A program made the translations under genes and the position numbers. A DNA stretch of 63,945 bases, filler included, from Globobulimina sp. (lineage: Eukaryota): NCBI GenBank assembly GCA_003354225.1. It is 41 parts of 41 records of this genome, joined end to end, with 100 filler letters (N's around TTAATTAATTAA, not from the genome) between each part and the next. Parts side by side here need not be neighbours in the genome. Positions count along the whole stretch, not along the records: positions 34,376 to 35,837 come from PIVH01016300.1; positions 35,938 to 37,399 come from PIVH01016301.1; positions 37,500 to 38,961 come from PIVH01016302.1; positions 39,062 to 40,523 come from PIVH01016303.1; positions 40,624 to 42,085 come from PIVH01016304.1; positions 42,186 to 43,647 come from PIVH01016305.1; positions 43,748 to 45,209 come from PIVH01016306.1; positions 45,310 to 46,771 come from PIVH01016307.1; 33 more parts are not named here. The stretch is one strand, 5' to 3'. Positions within the stretch are counted from its first letter, which is position 1; every line of letters starts with the position of its first letter. Positions 34,376 through 46,871 of the stretch are shown here, in pieces. Below the pieces are notes generated by a model that saw nothing but the letters and a program-made list of their open reading frames with translations, was not told the origin of the DNA and did no database searches.

Positions 34376-35252
34376 GGATACGTATGCAATATGGATAGAT
34401 AGATATTTTTGGATGGTTTTATATCTTTTCTTGTTTATCATACCAACAATTTCATTAAAAAAAATGGATTCACTGAAGTATACCTCTGCATTTGCCTTAT
34501 TTTGTTTTGTGGCCATTATGATTATGGTCATATTGTATTGGAGCGTGGAGTCATTCGATGCCTGCCATTCATTTGAAAGCGATACCTGCCATCATGGAAT
34601 CACAGCATTTCCCAGCGATTGGAAGGAATTCTTTAGAACTGCTCCAATATTTATATTTGCCTATGAGTGTCATACTAATTTATGGCCGATAAGGAATGAA
34701 ATAAAAGTACCAACCATCACACGGTTGACCCGCGTCTCCATAAATACAGTGGTTTTTTGTACGACAATCTATGCTGTGATTGGATATGCGGGTTATCTGA
34801 CATACGGAGACCAGGTTGATGGCAATATTTTGAATAATTATCCACAGACAAGATTAGTGGGAATTATTCGGGTGGGATTGGCATTTGCTATAACTTTTTC
34901 ATATCCGTTGGTTAGTTATCCGGCGCGGGAATGTTTCAGTACTTTGCTCTTTGGAGTTGAACCAAGCAAATTAAAATGGTATACATATTATGGGGGCACA
35001 TATCTTATGGCCGTGGCAAGTATTATTGCGGCGATTGCATTGGACGATTTAGAAATTGTTTTATCTTTAATTGGATCTATTGGTGGTACGTCTGTTGTAT
35101 TTATATTGCCGGGTTTGTTTTATTACTGTTTGAGGGATCATCCGTTATTAAAAGACACTCCGTTTCATTCATTCAAAACTAAGTCATGCATTGTACTCAT
35201 CACAGTTGGGATAATAATTGGAATTGTTGGTGTTGTCTTGCATATTATATAA
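34376..35252 (+). CDS. Amino acid transporter (Aa_trans / SLC38-AVT family), C-terminal part
   Basis: MDSLKYTS, PIFIFAYECHTN, GYLTYG, SYPLVSYPAR and FILPGLFY motifs. Confidence 0.93.
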
Positions 35253-35617
35253 GTTATTCTTTATTCTAATTTTTTGTCATATATTTGTAATTATTATTAG
35301 ATTTAACACAAAGCTCAGTGACAGTCAGTCTGTACAAAACTCAGTGGCTCAGTGCTAAATGGCACCTGATTATCTCCGCGGCCACGTTTATACGATCCAT
35401 TCAATTGGAGGTAATATACACCCCATATCATGCACGGTAAAGATTATGTCGTGTAAACAATGTTGACAAAGCCGCGTAATTATATATAAATCAATGACGA
35501 CAAATATCGCAACAAATTAACTGAATTAAGCAAGTCATCAAAATCAAATTAAATGAAAGATCGAATTTACAAAATATTCTACAAACTTAAAATATAAATA
35601 TATCAGCGCATTCACAT

Positions 35618-35837
35618 TCAGATCGAGAAATTATTAGCAATCAAAAGAATGCGAATTAGCACACAATGGAGCACACACTCGGCCGCACGCTCTGTACTCC
35701 GGGTCACCAACAAAATAAGCGGCCACAATAGCCACACCAACCAACGCATATAAAACGGCAGTTCCTCGATTTTGAATATACTCGTGAAACATAATCCAGT
35801 ATGCACACTGCTACAATCAATGTAAATAAGCCCACAA
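35618..35837 (-). CDS. Short-chain dehydrogenase/reductase C-terminal fragment
   Basis: VHTGLCFTSI...LVTRSTERAAECVLHC resembles the HPGxVxT...KSxxxGA segment. Confidence 0.45.
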
Positions 35838-36109
35838 NNNNNNNNNNNNNNNNNNNNNNNNNNNNNNNNNNNNNNNNNNNNTTAATTAATTAANNNNNNN
35901 NNNNNNNNNNNNNNNNNNNNNNNNNNNNNNNNNNNNNATATAGCGATAATCTTTTTATATACCACTATTACAATAAGTGTAATGAATGATGATGTCAATT
36001 GTTTCGTTGGTCCTTGGTGTTTCTCATAAGGACTTAGTTTATAATCTTAAAAGGCCTTTTGCAAAACGGATGGTTCTGGTTGCAACCCGGTGGGCATAAT
36101 AGGGGAAAA

Positions 36110-37128
36110 GAAATTTACCCGATTCGACAATATTAAGATCAAAGATAAATGATTTCATTAAATCATACAACACAAAAATATTTAATTTAACATCACAATT
36201 ATCCGAATTAAATAGACGGAAAAATGAAAAAAATAAAAAATGGTCAGAGCTGAATGAAAACTGCAGAAAATATAGAAATAAAACAAACAATTTAGAAAAC
36301 ATTATAAAATCACAACGCGAATCATTCAAAAAAATATTACACGAAAAAGATGCATCATTAAGCAAATCAAATAAAGAATTGGCAGTTTTGTCAGGTTTAA
36401 ATGGCACAAATGATCAAGAAAAAGCTGCCAAATTCTTATTTGAAACATTAAATAAATACATTTCAGAAAACGATACATATAAAATTAATGCTGAATCATT
36501 GCAAACATCCTTACAAATGAAAATACAAAAAATACAAGAATTACAAGAGACATTGTCACATAAAAATGATAATGATAATCATAATAACAATATACAATTA
36601 TTACAACAGGAATTAATAGAGGAACGTCAACATTATGGCGCTGAAAGAATATCCAAATTAGAAAAAATGTTATTTGAACAGCAGACAAGTTTAGCACAAA
36701 AAACGCAGTGTTTAGCAAATTTACAAGATGAAAATAGAAAATTATCAGAAAAAACACCTTTAAACGAAGTCGAAACAATCGAATTTCTGTCAAAACAACT
36801 TCACGATAAAGATCAACATGTAAATAAGTTGCAGAATATCATTGAAGCACAAACAATTAAAATACGCGAATTAAATATGATTGAACAAACATTAAGAAAT
36901 CAAACCTCTTCCCATCAGAATGAAATAAAGCAAATAAATGAAAAACATCAAAGAGTAAATAACATTTTAGGAAATATGAAAAACATCAAAAATATTAACA
37001 TCCCGATTGATTCAACCAACTCATTATATAACACACAAAAAAGTGATCATACATATTATGACGATAATGTCGAGTGGAAAAATCAAATTGTTGATCATGA
37101 CATTGATATTTCTGTTTCGAACGATTAA
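36110..37128 (+). CDS. Coiled-coil protein (exon boundary uncertain)
   Basis: Long heptad-rich Q/E/K/L frame including ORF 36379-37128. Confidence 0.65.
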
Positions 37129-37499
37129 CTTTATAATTTAAACGATGACTTGTTTGTATATGAAATATTCCAATGTTTGTATAATGAAATTGTGATGCGA
37201 TCCAATTAAACGATATATTCAGATAGCCACTGAATATTTTCCTTGCGTTTCACAAACGTGTTAATGGCATACAGGGGGTTATCTATCTGAATTTCATATC
37301 ACGCAAATTTTACTCTCTTAATAATTAAAAACTGTATTGTAAAAATTGTTTAAGTATTTTTTTTTTACAATGGCTCATCATTACATGTATTTATCATCTN
37401 NNNNNNNNNNNNNNNNNNNNNNNNNNNNNNNNNNNNNNNNNNNTTAATTAATTAANNNNNNNNNNNNNNNNNNNNNNNNNNNNNNNNNNNNNNNNNNNN

Positions 37500-37571
<72 letters not shown>

Positions 37572-37755
37572 AGAGAAAAATGAAAATATAATAAGAAACA
37601 GAGAATAAGAACACAATGATTAATATTATATTTACACTAAAGCACAATGGCTTATATTTACACTAAATGATTAATATTATTATATTTAAATTATTATTAT
37701 ATAGGTGACCTCAAACAAACAGAGTCATGCATTGCATTTATTATTATTTATATAA

Positions 37756-38958
37756 TTACACTACAAATACAAAAAGACCAACAATAATAATACTAAATGC
37801 AACTGAATAACATGGTGTATCACTACCAAGCATTGAATGAGTTGGTGCAGTTGTCGGCGTAGATGTGGTTGGACTATCCGTAGGATGTACAGTTGGACTC
37901 TCTGTATTTTCCGTTGGTTGCTCAGTAGTTGGACTCTCTGTAATTTCTGTCGGTGCAGATGTGCTTGGAGCTGCGGTCGGATATGCTGTTGTTGGCGGGG
38001 TTGGCGCCGCTGATGGTTCGCGTGTTGATGGTTCGCGTGTTGATGGTTCGCGTGTTGTCGGTTCGCGTGTTGTCACCATTTCACCATTACAACTAATTTC
38101 ATAATACCAATATTTTTGATTCGCATTGCAACCATTTATAATAACTTGTGTGTGTGTGGCTGCCCCCAAACAATCCATATTTTCATATGTTTGGATTGAT
38201 ACTGTATCGCCTTGTTCATTGCAGGTAAATTTAGTATAATTGCCGTCATTTACATAACACGAATCAGTAACAATCATGTTTTCCAAAGGTACATCTGAAT
38301 GATCACAATTTAATGGCCCGCCCGCGGTAAAATTTAATGGCAAATATACTATCACAGATGCATATGTACAGACAGTATTTGCACCACATTCAAACGATGA
38401 GGCATTCACTGGATATGTGTTTATGGCGGACGGATTTGATGAATCTGAACAAGTGCTGCTTTCATTATATGCTTTAAAAAATACAGACCCACCATCTGCT
38501 GAGCACATAAATTTGCCGGAATCATACGAGTCAAAAAAACTAACTTAAATTGTTATTTATATACTTTCCCGTACTTTGGTTCGGAGGGTTTACTTTTTAG
38601 ATTCCTATGGTAATGGTAATCTACACAAACCAAAGTAGGGAGTCTTAGGGACTAGGGATTAGTTTTTAGATTATCCTCGCACATCAGGGAGATAGTTATA
38701 AAAATACATAGGATCTAAAACTAATCCCTCCGAACCAATCTACAGGGAAAGTATATATTATTATTTATTTATAAAGATGGAAAGAAATGTACTAGTACCA
38801 CTTTCACAGACTCCAATTGGCTTTGGGACGCGCCAGCTCACTGTTTGTGATGATGATGGTCCCCCAAATGATACGGTGGGTGAATCTACTTTATTACATA
38901 TACTTTTACCATATTTATTTAGTGCACATAACGAAATTAATAAACCCAACCAATACAT
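37756..38958 (-). CDS. Secreted Cys-rich surface protein with Pro/Thr stalk and GPI-like tail, two exons
   Basis: Signal-peptide exon 38793-38958 splices in frame through predicted intron 38544-38792; TREPS/PT repeats; hydrophobic C-terminus. Confidence 0.75.
38564..38751. mobile_element. MITE-like element with ~45-bp imperfect TIRs, flanked by TA, inside an intron
   Basis: TA-ctttccc..ttggttcggaggg..ttttagat.cctatg pairs with cataggatctaaaa..ccctccgaaccaa..gggaaag-TA. Confidence 0.8.
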
Positions 38959-39061
38959 GTTNNNNNNNNNNNNNNNNNNNNNNNNNNNNNNNNNNNNNNN
39001 NNNNNTTAATTAATTAANNNNNNNNNNNNNNNNNNNNNNNNNNNNNNNNNNNNNNNNNNNN

Positions 39062-39506
39062 GTCGGCGATTAAGACGCAAGGCGGTGGGCTGTAAGGCCG
39101 GGGCCATGCCGCTGTCATCAATATAGCCTAAATCAGCGATATCAGCGAAATCGGGCCGTTGCTCTAGTGCTTCTTGCAGGGATTCCTTGCGTGTATGATA
39201 TGTGTTGTCTATGTGTTTATGTGTATTGCTGTCTGCATCGTCGTCGTTTAAGGGTAATATGTTTTTGTTTTGTAAGTCTGCCATGGATGAGCGATGTGCT
39301 AATTTGTGATTTAATTTGGATGCGACTGAATGCAAAGAGGCTGCTAATTCACTGTCGTCGAGTATACCGCGTTGGGCTAAGACACTGATGGATAGACGAG
39401 AGAGTAGACTTTCTTCCAATTGGTTCGATCTTTGCCGGAATTCCCAACGATCCAATGGTATAAAATCAACGCACCAAGTATTAATTAACCCTTCTGAATC
39501 TGACAT
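39062..39506 (-). CDS. RPEL-repeat (G-actin-binding) protein, 3'-truncated
   Basis: LLSRLSISVLAQRGIL, KLAHRSSMADLQNKNIL and LEQRPDFADIADLGYI repeats. Confidence 0.8.
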
Positions 39507-39580
39507 AAAGTCTATAAACAAAAGCACATGCAAAAGCACGATGTTTTTGTCAAGAGGTTGAAAGTTTTAATAGAATTGTA

Positions 39581-40523
39581 ATGATAATGGAAAGTAGATC
39601 TATAATGGTTGCGTTTGGTTTGTTATTAATGGAATTAATTTCCGCTTCAGCTCGAGCTCCAAACATTGTATTTATTTTAATGGACGATGTTGGATGGAAT
39701 GATATGAGTTTTATAGATAATGGCGGTGTCTATCCGACACCAAATATTGCTAATTTATTTTCAGAGTCCATCAGTTTAGAGAGGCATTATTCTGCTTTGA
39801 TGTGCAGTCCATCGCGATCACAATTTATAACCGGAAGGTATGCGTTCAAGATGGGTTTTGGTAAAATGTTACCGTGGGATTATACAGAAATTGGTGGCCT
39901 TCCCATTGGTCAACCGACCGTTGCAAATTGGTTACAGACGATTGGCGGATATAAAACTTACGCTGTTGGTAAATGGCATATGGGCTACGCCATTGATGCG
40001 TTTACGCCAACGAATCGTGGCTTTGATCATTTTTATGGCTTTTATCAAGGCGCCATCGAGTATGACACATTGAAGTATATAGATATTGAATTTGGTGATA
40101 GTTCGCATTATGATTTCTTCGAAGATGAAGAAGAATGTGTTTCTTTGATAGATTCGTCAAAGGATTATAATTTTAATACTATGGATTTATTCAGAGATAA
40201 AATATTTGAATATGTTGATGAGAATATTGATAATGGCAATGTTGATCCATTTTTCATATTTGCTGCATTGCAAACAATGCATCTTCCATTGGCTAAGATT
40301 TCTGAGTATGAGCAACAATGCAAAGAGATACTCGGATATGAAGCAGCTGGAAACGTCATCGAGCTCGAAAAAACAAGATATTGTACAAATATATTCTACA
40401 CAGATGCTATTATTGGTGATATAATAAGTAAATTGAAAGAGAATAACGATTTGTGGTCGAATACATTGGTAATATTTTCGACTGACAATGGAGGAGATAT
40501 AGAAAAGGGAGGATGCAATTATC
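39581..40523 (+). CDS. Arylsulfatase B-like sulfatase (family S1), 3'-truncated
   Basis: Signal peptide; PNIVFILMDDVG, CSPSRSQFITGRY, GKWHMG and STDNGG motifs. Confidence 0.96.
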
Positions 40524-41020
40524 NNNNNNNNNNNNNNNNNNNNNNNNNNNNNNNNNNNNNNNNNNNNTTAATTAATTAANNNNNNNNNNNNNNNNNNNNN
40601 NNNNNNNNNNNNNNNNNNNNNNNAAATCATAATAAGGAAATGTTTGATATTGATATGAATGTCACATCGAATGCATATATATATTCGGATAATACTTTCC
40701 AAGCACCTGAATTATTTCAATTTGAGCAATTATTGACCTCCTCGCAAGTTTGTGCCATTCATATTCCGTCATCACAAAACATGATGAAATGTATAAATGC
40801 GTTTTTTGATTCATGGATTCGGAGTTTTATTTGTTTACAGATAAAACGCAGTGTTATGATTCTTAACATTAAAAAGTGTTTCTATTTTTACTAACTTATT
40901 TTATCTTCAGTTCACTTTACTTCACTCTCCTCTTTCAATCCTCTAATTTACTTTGTCTGCAGATTGCAAACAGCAAATCGAGCAGCAAACCGAGCAGCAA
41001 ACCATTGATTTTGTATCCAT

Positions 41021-42055
41021 ATGGCGGTATCGTTAACAGTATTAGAATTTGATGCATTTGCAACGAAGGTTGATAGTGATCCCAAACTATTCTTTGTATC
41101 GCCGTCGTTAATGAAACAACCATTGAAGGACCCGTCTGCAGCGCCTATCAAATGGTTTAAAGAGGATTATGAACAAATTATTCATTATGTGAAGAACAAT
41201 AAATTTGTATACATTATCCCAACACAATCATCATCGTATCAGGCCGTGTTGGATCGATTGAAGACCAAACACGCAGCGGCAAAAAGAAGAAAACGTACCG
41301 ACGCAGCACGCCCTGTTAAAGAATTATTGGCATCATTTTGTCGACAAGTGCCGGTATCAACGGTATCGTTGTTCCGCAAATCCAGAGACTGGGTTAATTA
41401 TAAAAAGTTGATCCTGCAATATGACATTGTATCTTCTCCGTTTCTTGTGTCTGTACCAAAACCAAATAAGAACAAAAATACAAACAATAATTCTGACGAT
41501 ACACAAACTGACAACAACAACAATTCTACGACTACCATTACTGCAGAAGGTGAAGCTGTCACCATCGACCAAGCATTTACATTATCACAACAGCCGTATT
41601 TCGAGGTAACTGGCTCTAAATCGTTGCAGTCCCAAACGAACACCATCGATGATGATGGTTTGGACAATAAAGAGTCAGATAAAACTGAAATCGATGCAGA
41701 TAATCCTACTCCGACTGCAACTCGTAGTGTCCAGCAACGATTTGTAAATCCGCAAACCTCGCAAATCTCGCGCACCATCAATACAAATACACACCAAACT
41801 GAACAGCAAATCTATACAACCGAGGCATCACAGTATATTATTAATGAGTTACCAGATCATTCCCCGTTGGATTTGAATGTCGATCCATTTGCTGTGTCTC
41901 CCGTCGATGAATTTGATCCCATCGCCAAAGTCAATACGTATTTGGCAAAGAATGTAACGTATACGATATTACCTTATACAACAATAGATTTTGTGGTGAA
42001 ATCCCATACAAATTATTCAATTTTCATGATTCTCAAAAATCATTTGATGCCATAA
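41021..42055 (+). CDS. Hypothetical protein
   Basis: 344-aa ORF with NLS-like KRRKR and Thr/Asn-rich linker. Confidence 0.55.
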   Translation: MAVSLTVLEFDAFATKVDSDPKLFFVSPSLMKQPLKDPSAAPIKWFKEDYEQIIHYVKNNKFVYIIPTQSSSYQAVLDRLKTKHAAAKRRKRTDAARPVKELLASFCRQVPVSTVSLFRKSRDWVNYKKLILQYDIVSSPFLVSVPKPNKNKNTNNNSDDTQTDNNNNSTTTITAEGEAVTIDQAFTLSQQPYFEVTGSKSLQSQTNTIDDDGLDNKESDKTEIDADNPTPTATRSVQQRFVNPQTSQISRTINTNTHQTEQQIYTTEASQYIINELPDHSPLDLNVDPFAVSPVDEFDPIAKVNTYLAKNVTYTILPYTTIDFVVKSHTNYSIFMILKNHLMP

Positions 42056-42369
42056 TTTTACCTGGAAATAAATTTAAAATGATGANNNNNNNNNNNNNNN
42101 NNNNNNNNNNNNNNNNNNNNNNNNNNNNNTTAATTAATTAANNNNNNNNNNNNNNNNNNNNNNNNNNNNNNNNNNNNNNNNNNNNTGTGTTTGTAAATGT
42201 TGCTGTTGTTGTCCTCGCAATGGTCAATTGAAAGCTCAATTGGTATAGTATGGAAGTGTGGACTTATAGAATTGTTCAATACGCGTATAATGTTTTAGTA
42301 CTAGAAATAAACTTAACTTTTTTAGAGTTTTTATATTTTAGGCATGGTATCTGGCTTGTTCTGTTTGCA

Positions 42370-43227
42370 ATGTCCATGAAACGAAAGCTAACAGCTGCAA
42401 TAGAACCAACACCCAAGAAACAAAAGGTCGAAGATGTAGATACAATTGATTCAATATTAACATATCTCGAGCAAAATATGGATTATACAACGAGAGCAAT
42501 ATCGGAAATCAAATTCAGCAAAATGCATTTTCAATTAAATGAAATGTTTCAACAACTGACAGCACATAGAGAGGAAAATTATTTTGAAGAAAATATTCAT
42601 GCCTATGCAACATGGCTAGATATTCCCGTTGATTTCAAAAAGATGTTTTGTTCATATTTAGCAGGCGGAATATTTGGTGAAAAGCCAGATGAATATTATA
42701 GTCATAATAATACAATATTTTTCGACGAAAGCAAATTAATGGAGGAACATAAGAGAATAATAAATTGTGAGGAGATTGATTATGATAATTTTGGATATTT
42801 TCCGTTTGTAAATTGGAGAAACAAACAAAGCAGAAAACCATTGATATTTACAAACTTCATCACCATTGGATTTGAGGGTGAATATGATTATATATTTATT
42901 GATTGCACAATGAAAGAATCAGTATTATCCAAAGCATTGATGGAAAGTGATATGTTTGAAAAGTGTGTGAATGATATGGGAAATGTTATAAATGTATTGA
43001 TGAATATGATATTGCCACCTCTTCCAATGCGAAATAGTAACGGAGCTGTTTGGGTTTATGCATATCCGCATCCACAATGGACACTAATATCACCCACTTT
43101 TTATGGGTATTTGCAAAAACAAAAAAATAAATTGCAGAATGATTTGACCAGTTACACAGATCCGGATGTGTTTGTAAATGATTTTTGTGGCATACCTTTG
43201 AGTCGCATTAATTACAAAATAAAATAG
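42370..43227 (+). CDS. SMI1/KNR4 (SUKH)-like domain protein
   Basis: IPVDFKKM...GG, ITIG...YIFIDC and GAVWVY...LISPTFYGYL; N-terminal NLS-like KRK..PKKQK. Confidence 0.55.
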   Translation: MSMKRKLTAAIEPTPKKQKVEDVDTIDSILTYLEQNMDYTTRAISEIKFSKMHFQLNEMFQQLTAHREENYFEENIHAYATWLDIPVDFKKMFCSYLAGGIFGEKPDEYYSHNNTIFFDESKLMEEHKRIINCEEIDYDNFGYFPFVNWRNKQSRKPLIFTNFITIGFEGEYDYIFIDCTMKESVLSKALMESDMFEKCVNDMGNVINVLMNMILPPLPMRNSNGAVWVYAYPHPQWTLISPTFYGYLQKQKNKLQNDLTSYTDPDVFVNDFCGIPLSRINYKIK

Positions 43228-43877
43228 GTTTTCGTTATCTAACAACAAGAATGCAATACAATAATGGCGCTGTTATTTTAAGATGGAGGGATTTTAATCA
43301 TAATTTGATTCCATTCCTCGAGACTTTATTATTTATTAGCGACAGCGACTGGGATCCCCTATCTCCGAGTTCGTGCGGATGCCATACATTGCTGAAATGT
43401 CAATATTTAATATTTCCAAATCCTTTAACAATGAAAATAGCGTCAAAATCATGGGACAAAATGGATACCATCCAAAAAACAGGCAGACCGTTAAAATATA
43501 GAAATACATCAAACACGTGTTTCTATCCAGTTGAGTTGAGTTGAGACCATGTCTTCGTCATGGTCGGTCCGTAAGTGTTGTACAATAGCAATGCGCTGCT
43601 ATTGTTCCTGTCGCAGTCCTAGTTCCTGCTCGTGCCGGTGTCCTAATNNNNNNNNNNNNNNNNNNNNNNNNNNNNNNNNNNNNNNNNNNNNTTAATTAAT
43701 TAANNNNNNNNNNNNNNNNNNNNNNNNNNNNNNNNNNNNNNNNNNNNCAACAATAACGTAGTCAAAAACGTTTGAACTCATGATTTGAAAGTAGACTTAG
43801 GAGAGCTAAAGTTTTTTTTATACAACATTTATTTATGCTGTTTTTTATCTTGTACTCCACTAAAACATTATAGTTAA

Positions 43878-45105
43878 ATGATGATGATATCCATCCCAAC
43901 TGATCCCCTCGGTTGGTTTTTCACAGCATTAGGTACGTTAGAAAATATGTTCAGACATTATACAATGTCCCAACCAACTACATGCAACACAGATGTACTC
44001 GTTGTAATTTTAGCAGCTATATTGCCAATATGCAAGGCAGATTTATCGATAGCAAAATTTTCCGACGTTGGTTTGCGAAATATTCGGTTACCAAAATGCC
44101 TCGGCTGGTTCCACAATGAATATGGATATCGCACGCAGGGCTTTTTTATGTACGCAGTTTGTGGTGTTACATACATTATAGTTTCGTTTGTAGCATCGCA
44201 TTTATTACATGATGATGAGAAATGGCATCATAAATATCCTCTATATTTTTGGACTGCACTGTTAACGTTTTCTGTCCATGAATTCAAACGTTGCATCGAA
44301 GTGTTATGTATTCATCAGTACTCTCATAATAAAATGCATTTTGGTTCAGGACTATTGGCGACTTATTCATATTTTTTAATGGGATTAACAATGAGTTATG
44401 GCAATGTTACAAACAATTTATCAGCTCAGCAATTACATAATCGCAGTATAATTTATATTGGATTAGTTGTTTGGTTCATTGGTGAAATTGGTAACGGAGC
44501 ATGCCATATTTATTTAGGTAAATACACTTATTTTATGTTACATTTCATGTGAAAAATGTCTCGGTTACCAAAATGTATGAAATTAATATTGTTGGGTTTC
44601 AAGCTGACATGATCAGAGTAAGTGACTTTAAGGTTTTCAAGCTGAGATGATCAAAAATGAAGGCATGCTTAACCCAACATAAATTTCATCCATTTTAATG
44701 AAATGTAATCATATTTTTGTGTTGTTGATATAAGCACATGCAAGAAAAAAGATTGGTGATACAGGATATATTTCATTGAGACATTTACCGTTAATATTTA
44801 GAATATTTATTTCCCCGAATATGTTATTTGAATTAGTAATATGGAGTGGATATAACATTATAATGCGTGAATTAAATTCGTTAATCCTTTTAGTAGCAAT
44901 GATGGTTTATGTTATCCCGCGAGTTTATAAAACTAAAAAGTGGTATGAATCACATCCAGATGGTACTGTTGATATAGTTGACACAATTGAGACATTTGAT
45001 GATGATCATGATGTCATTGGTACTTTAAATTTTGACAATAAGAGACGTAGCAAAGATGGTGTTTCATTTCATACTTCAAGGCAATCCACACTAATTATAC
45101 AATAA
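43878..45105 (+). CDS. Steroid 5-alpha-reductase / enoyl-CoA reductase family protein, two exons (intron 44518-44734)
   Basis: HEFKRCIEVLCIHQYS, GEIGNGACHIYL and SPNMLFELVIW motifs; the splice restores the frame. Confidence 0.88.
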
Positions 45106-45309
45106 TGATTTATTTGTATATTATTTACATTATCTCCGCACTTTTTCATTGCCAACACGGTCACGCTCCCACAACATTATCAAAAATGTTACTAGGTTTT
45201 TTTCACTCANNNNNNNNNNNNNNNNNNNNNNNNNNNNNNNNNNNNNNNNNNNNTTAATTAATTAANNNNNNNNNNNNNNNNNNNNNNNNNNNNNNNNNNN
45301 NNNNNNNNN

Positions 45310-46429
45310 AATGATTTCTGTAATGACATGCTTTGCTGTTTTAAGAACATATTTGTTATATTTCGATCACGAATATGAACATATTCTATCCACAAAAAAA
45401 TGGCAAATATTAATTGACCCATCCGTTGAAAACACAAATTGGTTTTTGGTCAACAGACACAAAAAATATGGAAACGATATTTATGTGATCAAATATGTGT
45501 TATTGCCATCATTGTTTATTTTTTGCGTTGTATTTATAATAATACGTTTTGTATTTAGTCACAACAATGAGTCTATTGCATGGATTGTTGATTTTTCATT
45601 TGCTGCGCTAAGCATAGTGATAGGTATCATTGTTGCCTCTATTTTTTGGAGGAAATACCCCAGTTTTCGTGATACATTATTGATTCGAAAAGAAATGACA
45701 AACATTCTCAAACTTATGTGTTTCTCTGTTGTTTCTGTCATGATAACAGTGGTTGTATTCATTGCATCTCATTTTGCTGTAAATGTAGCATTGTTAAGCA
45801 TGGTATTTATGCAATTAATATTTTCTGCATATTTATGGTTGATGATTATGTATGGCCAGACACTCAAAATTAAAACAAACAAAAATGGCAAAAATTATAT
45901 TTCATGGCATAAAATTGTTGCTTCCAAAGAAGGGTTCGAAAGTTTTGCTAATTTTTTGGAAAATGAATTTTCAGCGGAAAACATATTATTTGTCACAGAA
46001 TATGTACAGTTAAAGAATGCTATGATGCTTAATTCAATATTATATGAGAAAATTATAAATGAATTAGAATTAAAATATGCTTTAGATTTGCCAGACTCGT
46101 TGCCATTATCATTGATTACAAAAGAATTTGAAGAAAATATAAAAAGAAAACATATGGACTCTGATTTGGATGAAATTTGTTTTATTGCAATGAATAAAAT
46201 ATTCACTAAGTATATCGATCCATCGCAGGCTGTTTTAGAGGTTAATATTTCATCACAAGTCCGATATAGTTTGGTGAAATCATTTAAAAACGACAAAATA
46301 GAAAAAACATTGGAAATTGTATTGCCTTTTTTGGAGGAAGCAGTTGTTCAAATTTCTGTTCTAATGAATGATTCGAATTCGCGATTTAGGCAAAAAACTG
46401 TATTTCGTGAACTACAAGCTTTAAATTGA
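45310..46429 (+). CDS. Multi-TM (7TM-type) RGS protein, 5'-truncated
   Basis: Four to five TM helices, then the RGS box FANFLENEFSAENILF...KYIDPSQAVLEVNISS...LMNDSNSRF. Confidence 0.88.
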
Positions 46430-46504
46430 AAATCTCTTTGTGTAATGTAAAGTATTTATTTTTTCATATAATTAATTAATACGTATTATATTGTACCACG
46501 TGTA

Positions 46505-46771
46505 TTAACTAACACCATTTATGAGTTGAGATATTTGTAACAGTTTGTTTGCTTCGTCCAGCATTCCATTATGATAATATATTTGATACAAAGTACTATA
46601 ACAATTCGTAAACATTGGATCCATCAAAATACATTTAATATAATTTTCAATTGCATTTTGAATATCGCCTTCATATAAATACCCATTGCCAACAAAATAA
46701 TGCCCAACAGCGCCACCACCATTTTTCCTAAACTCTGTAACATCATTACCGTTGGATTCGCTTTTAACTTC
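46505..46771 (-). CDS. TPR-containing protein C-terminus (not in the ORF track)
   Basis: GHYFVGNGYLYEGDIQNAIENYYKCILMDPMFTNCYSTLYQIY is a TPR motif; open from the contig edge to TAA at 46505. Confidence 0.7.
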   Translation of the reverse strand, partial: EVKSESNGNDVTEFRKNGGGAVGHYFVGNGYLYEGDIQNAIENYIKCILMDPMFTNCYSTLYQIYYHNGMLDEANKLLQISQLINGVS

Positions 46772-46871
46772 NNNNNNNNNNNNNNNNNNNNNNNNNNNNN
46801 NNNNNNNNNNNNNNNTTAATTAATTAANNNNNNNNNNNNNNNNNNNNNNNNNNNNNNNNNNNNNNNNNNNN

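Noticed and set aside
37500-37566. Poly-A run as a retrocopy tail or poly-Phe ORF
   Set aside because: It lies at a contig edge next to the 3' end of a minus-strand intron-containing gene; low complexity and uninformative
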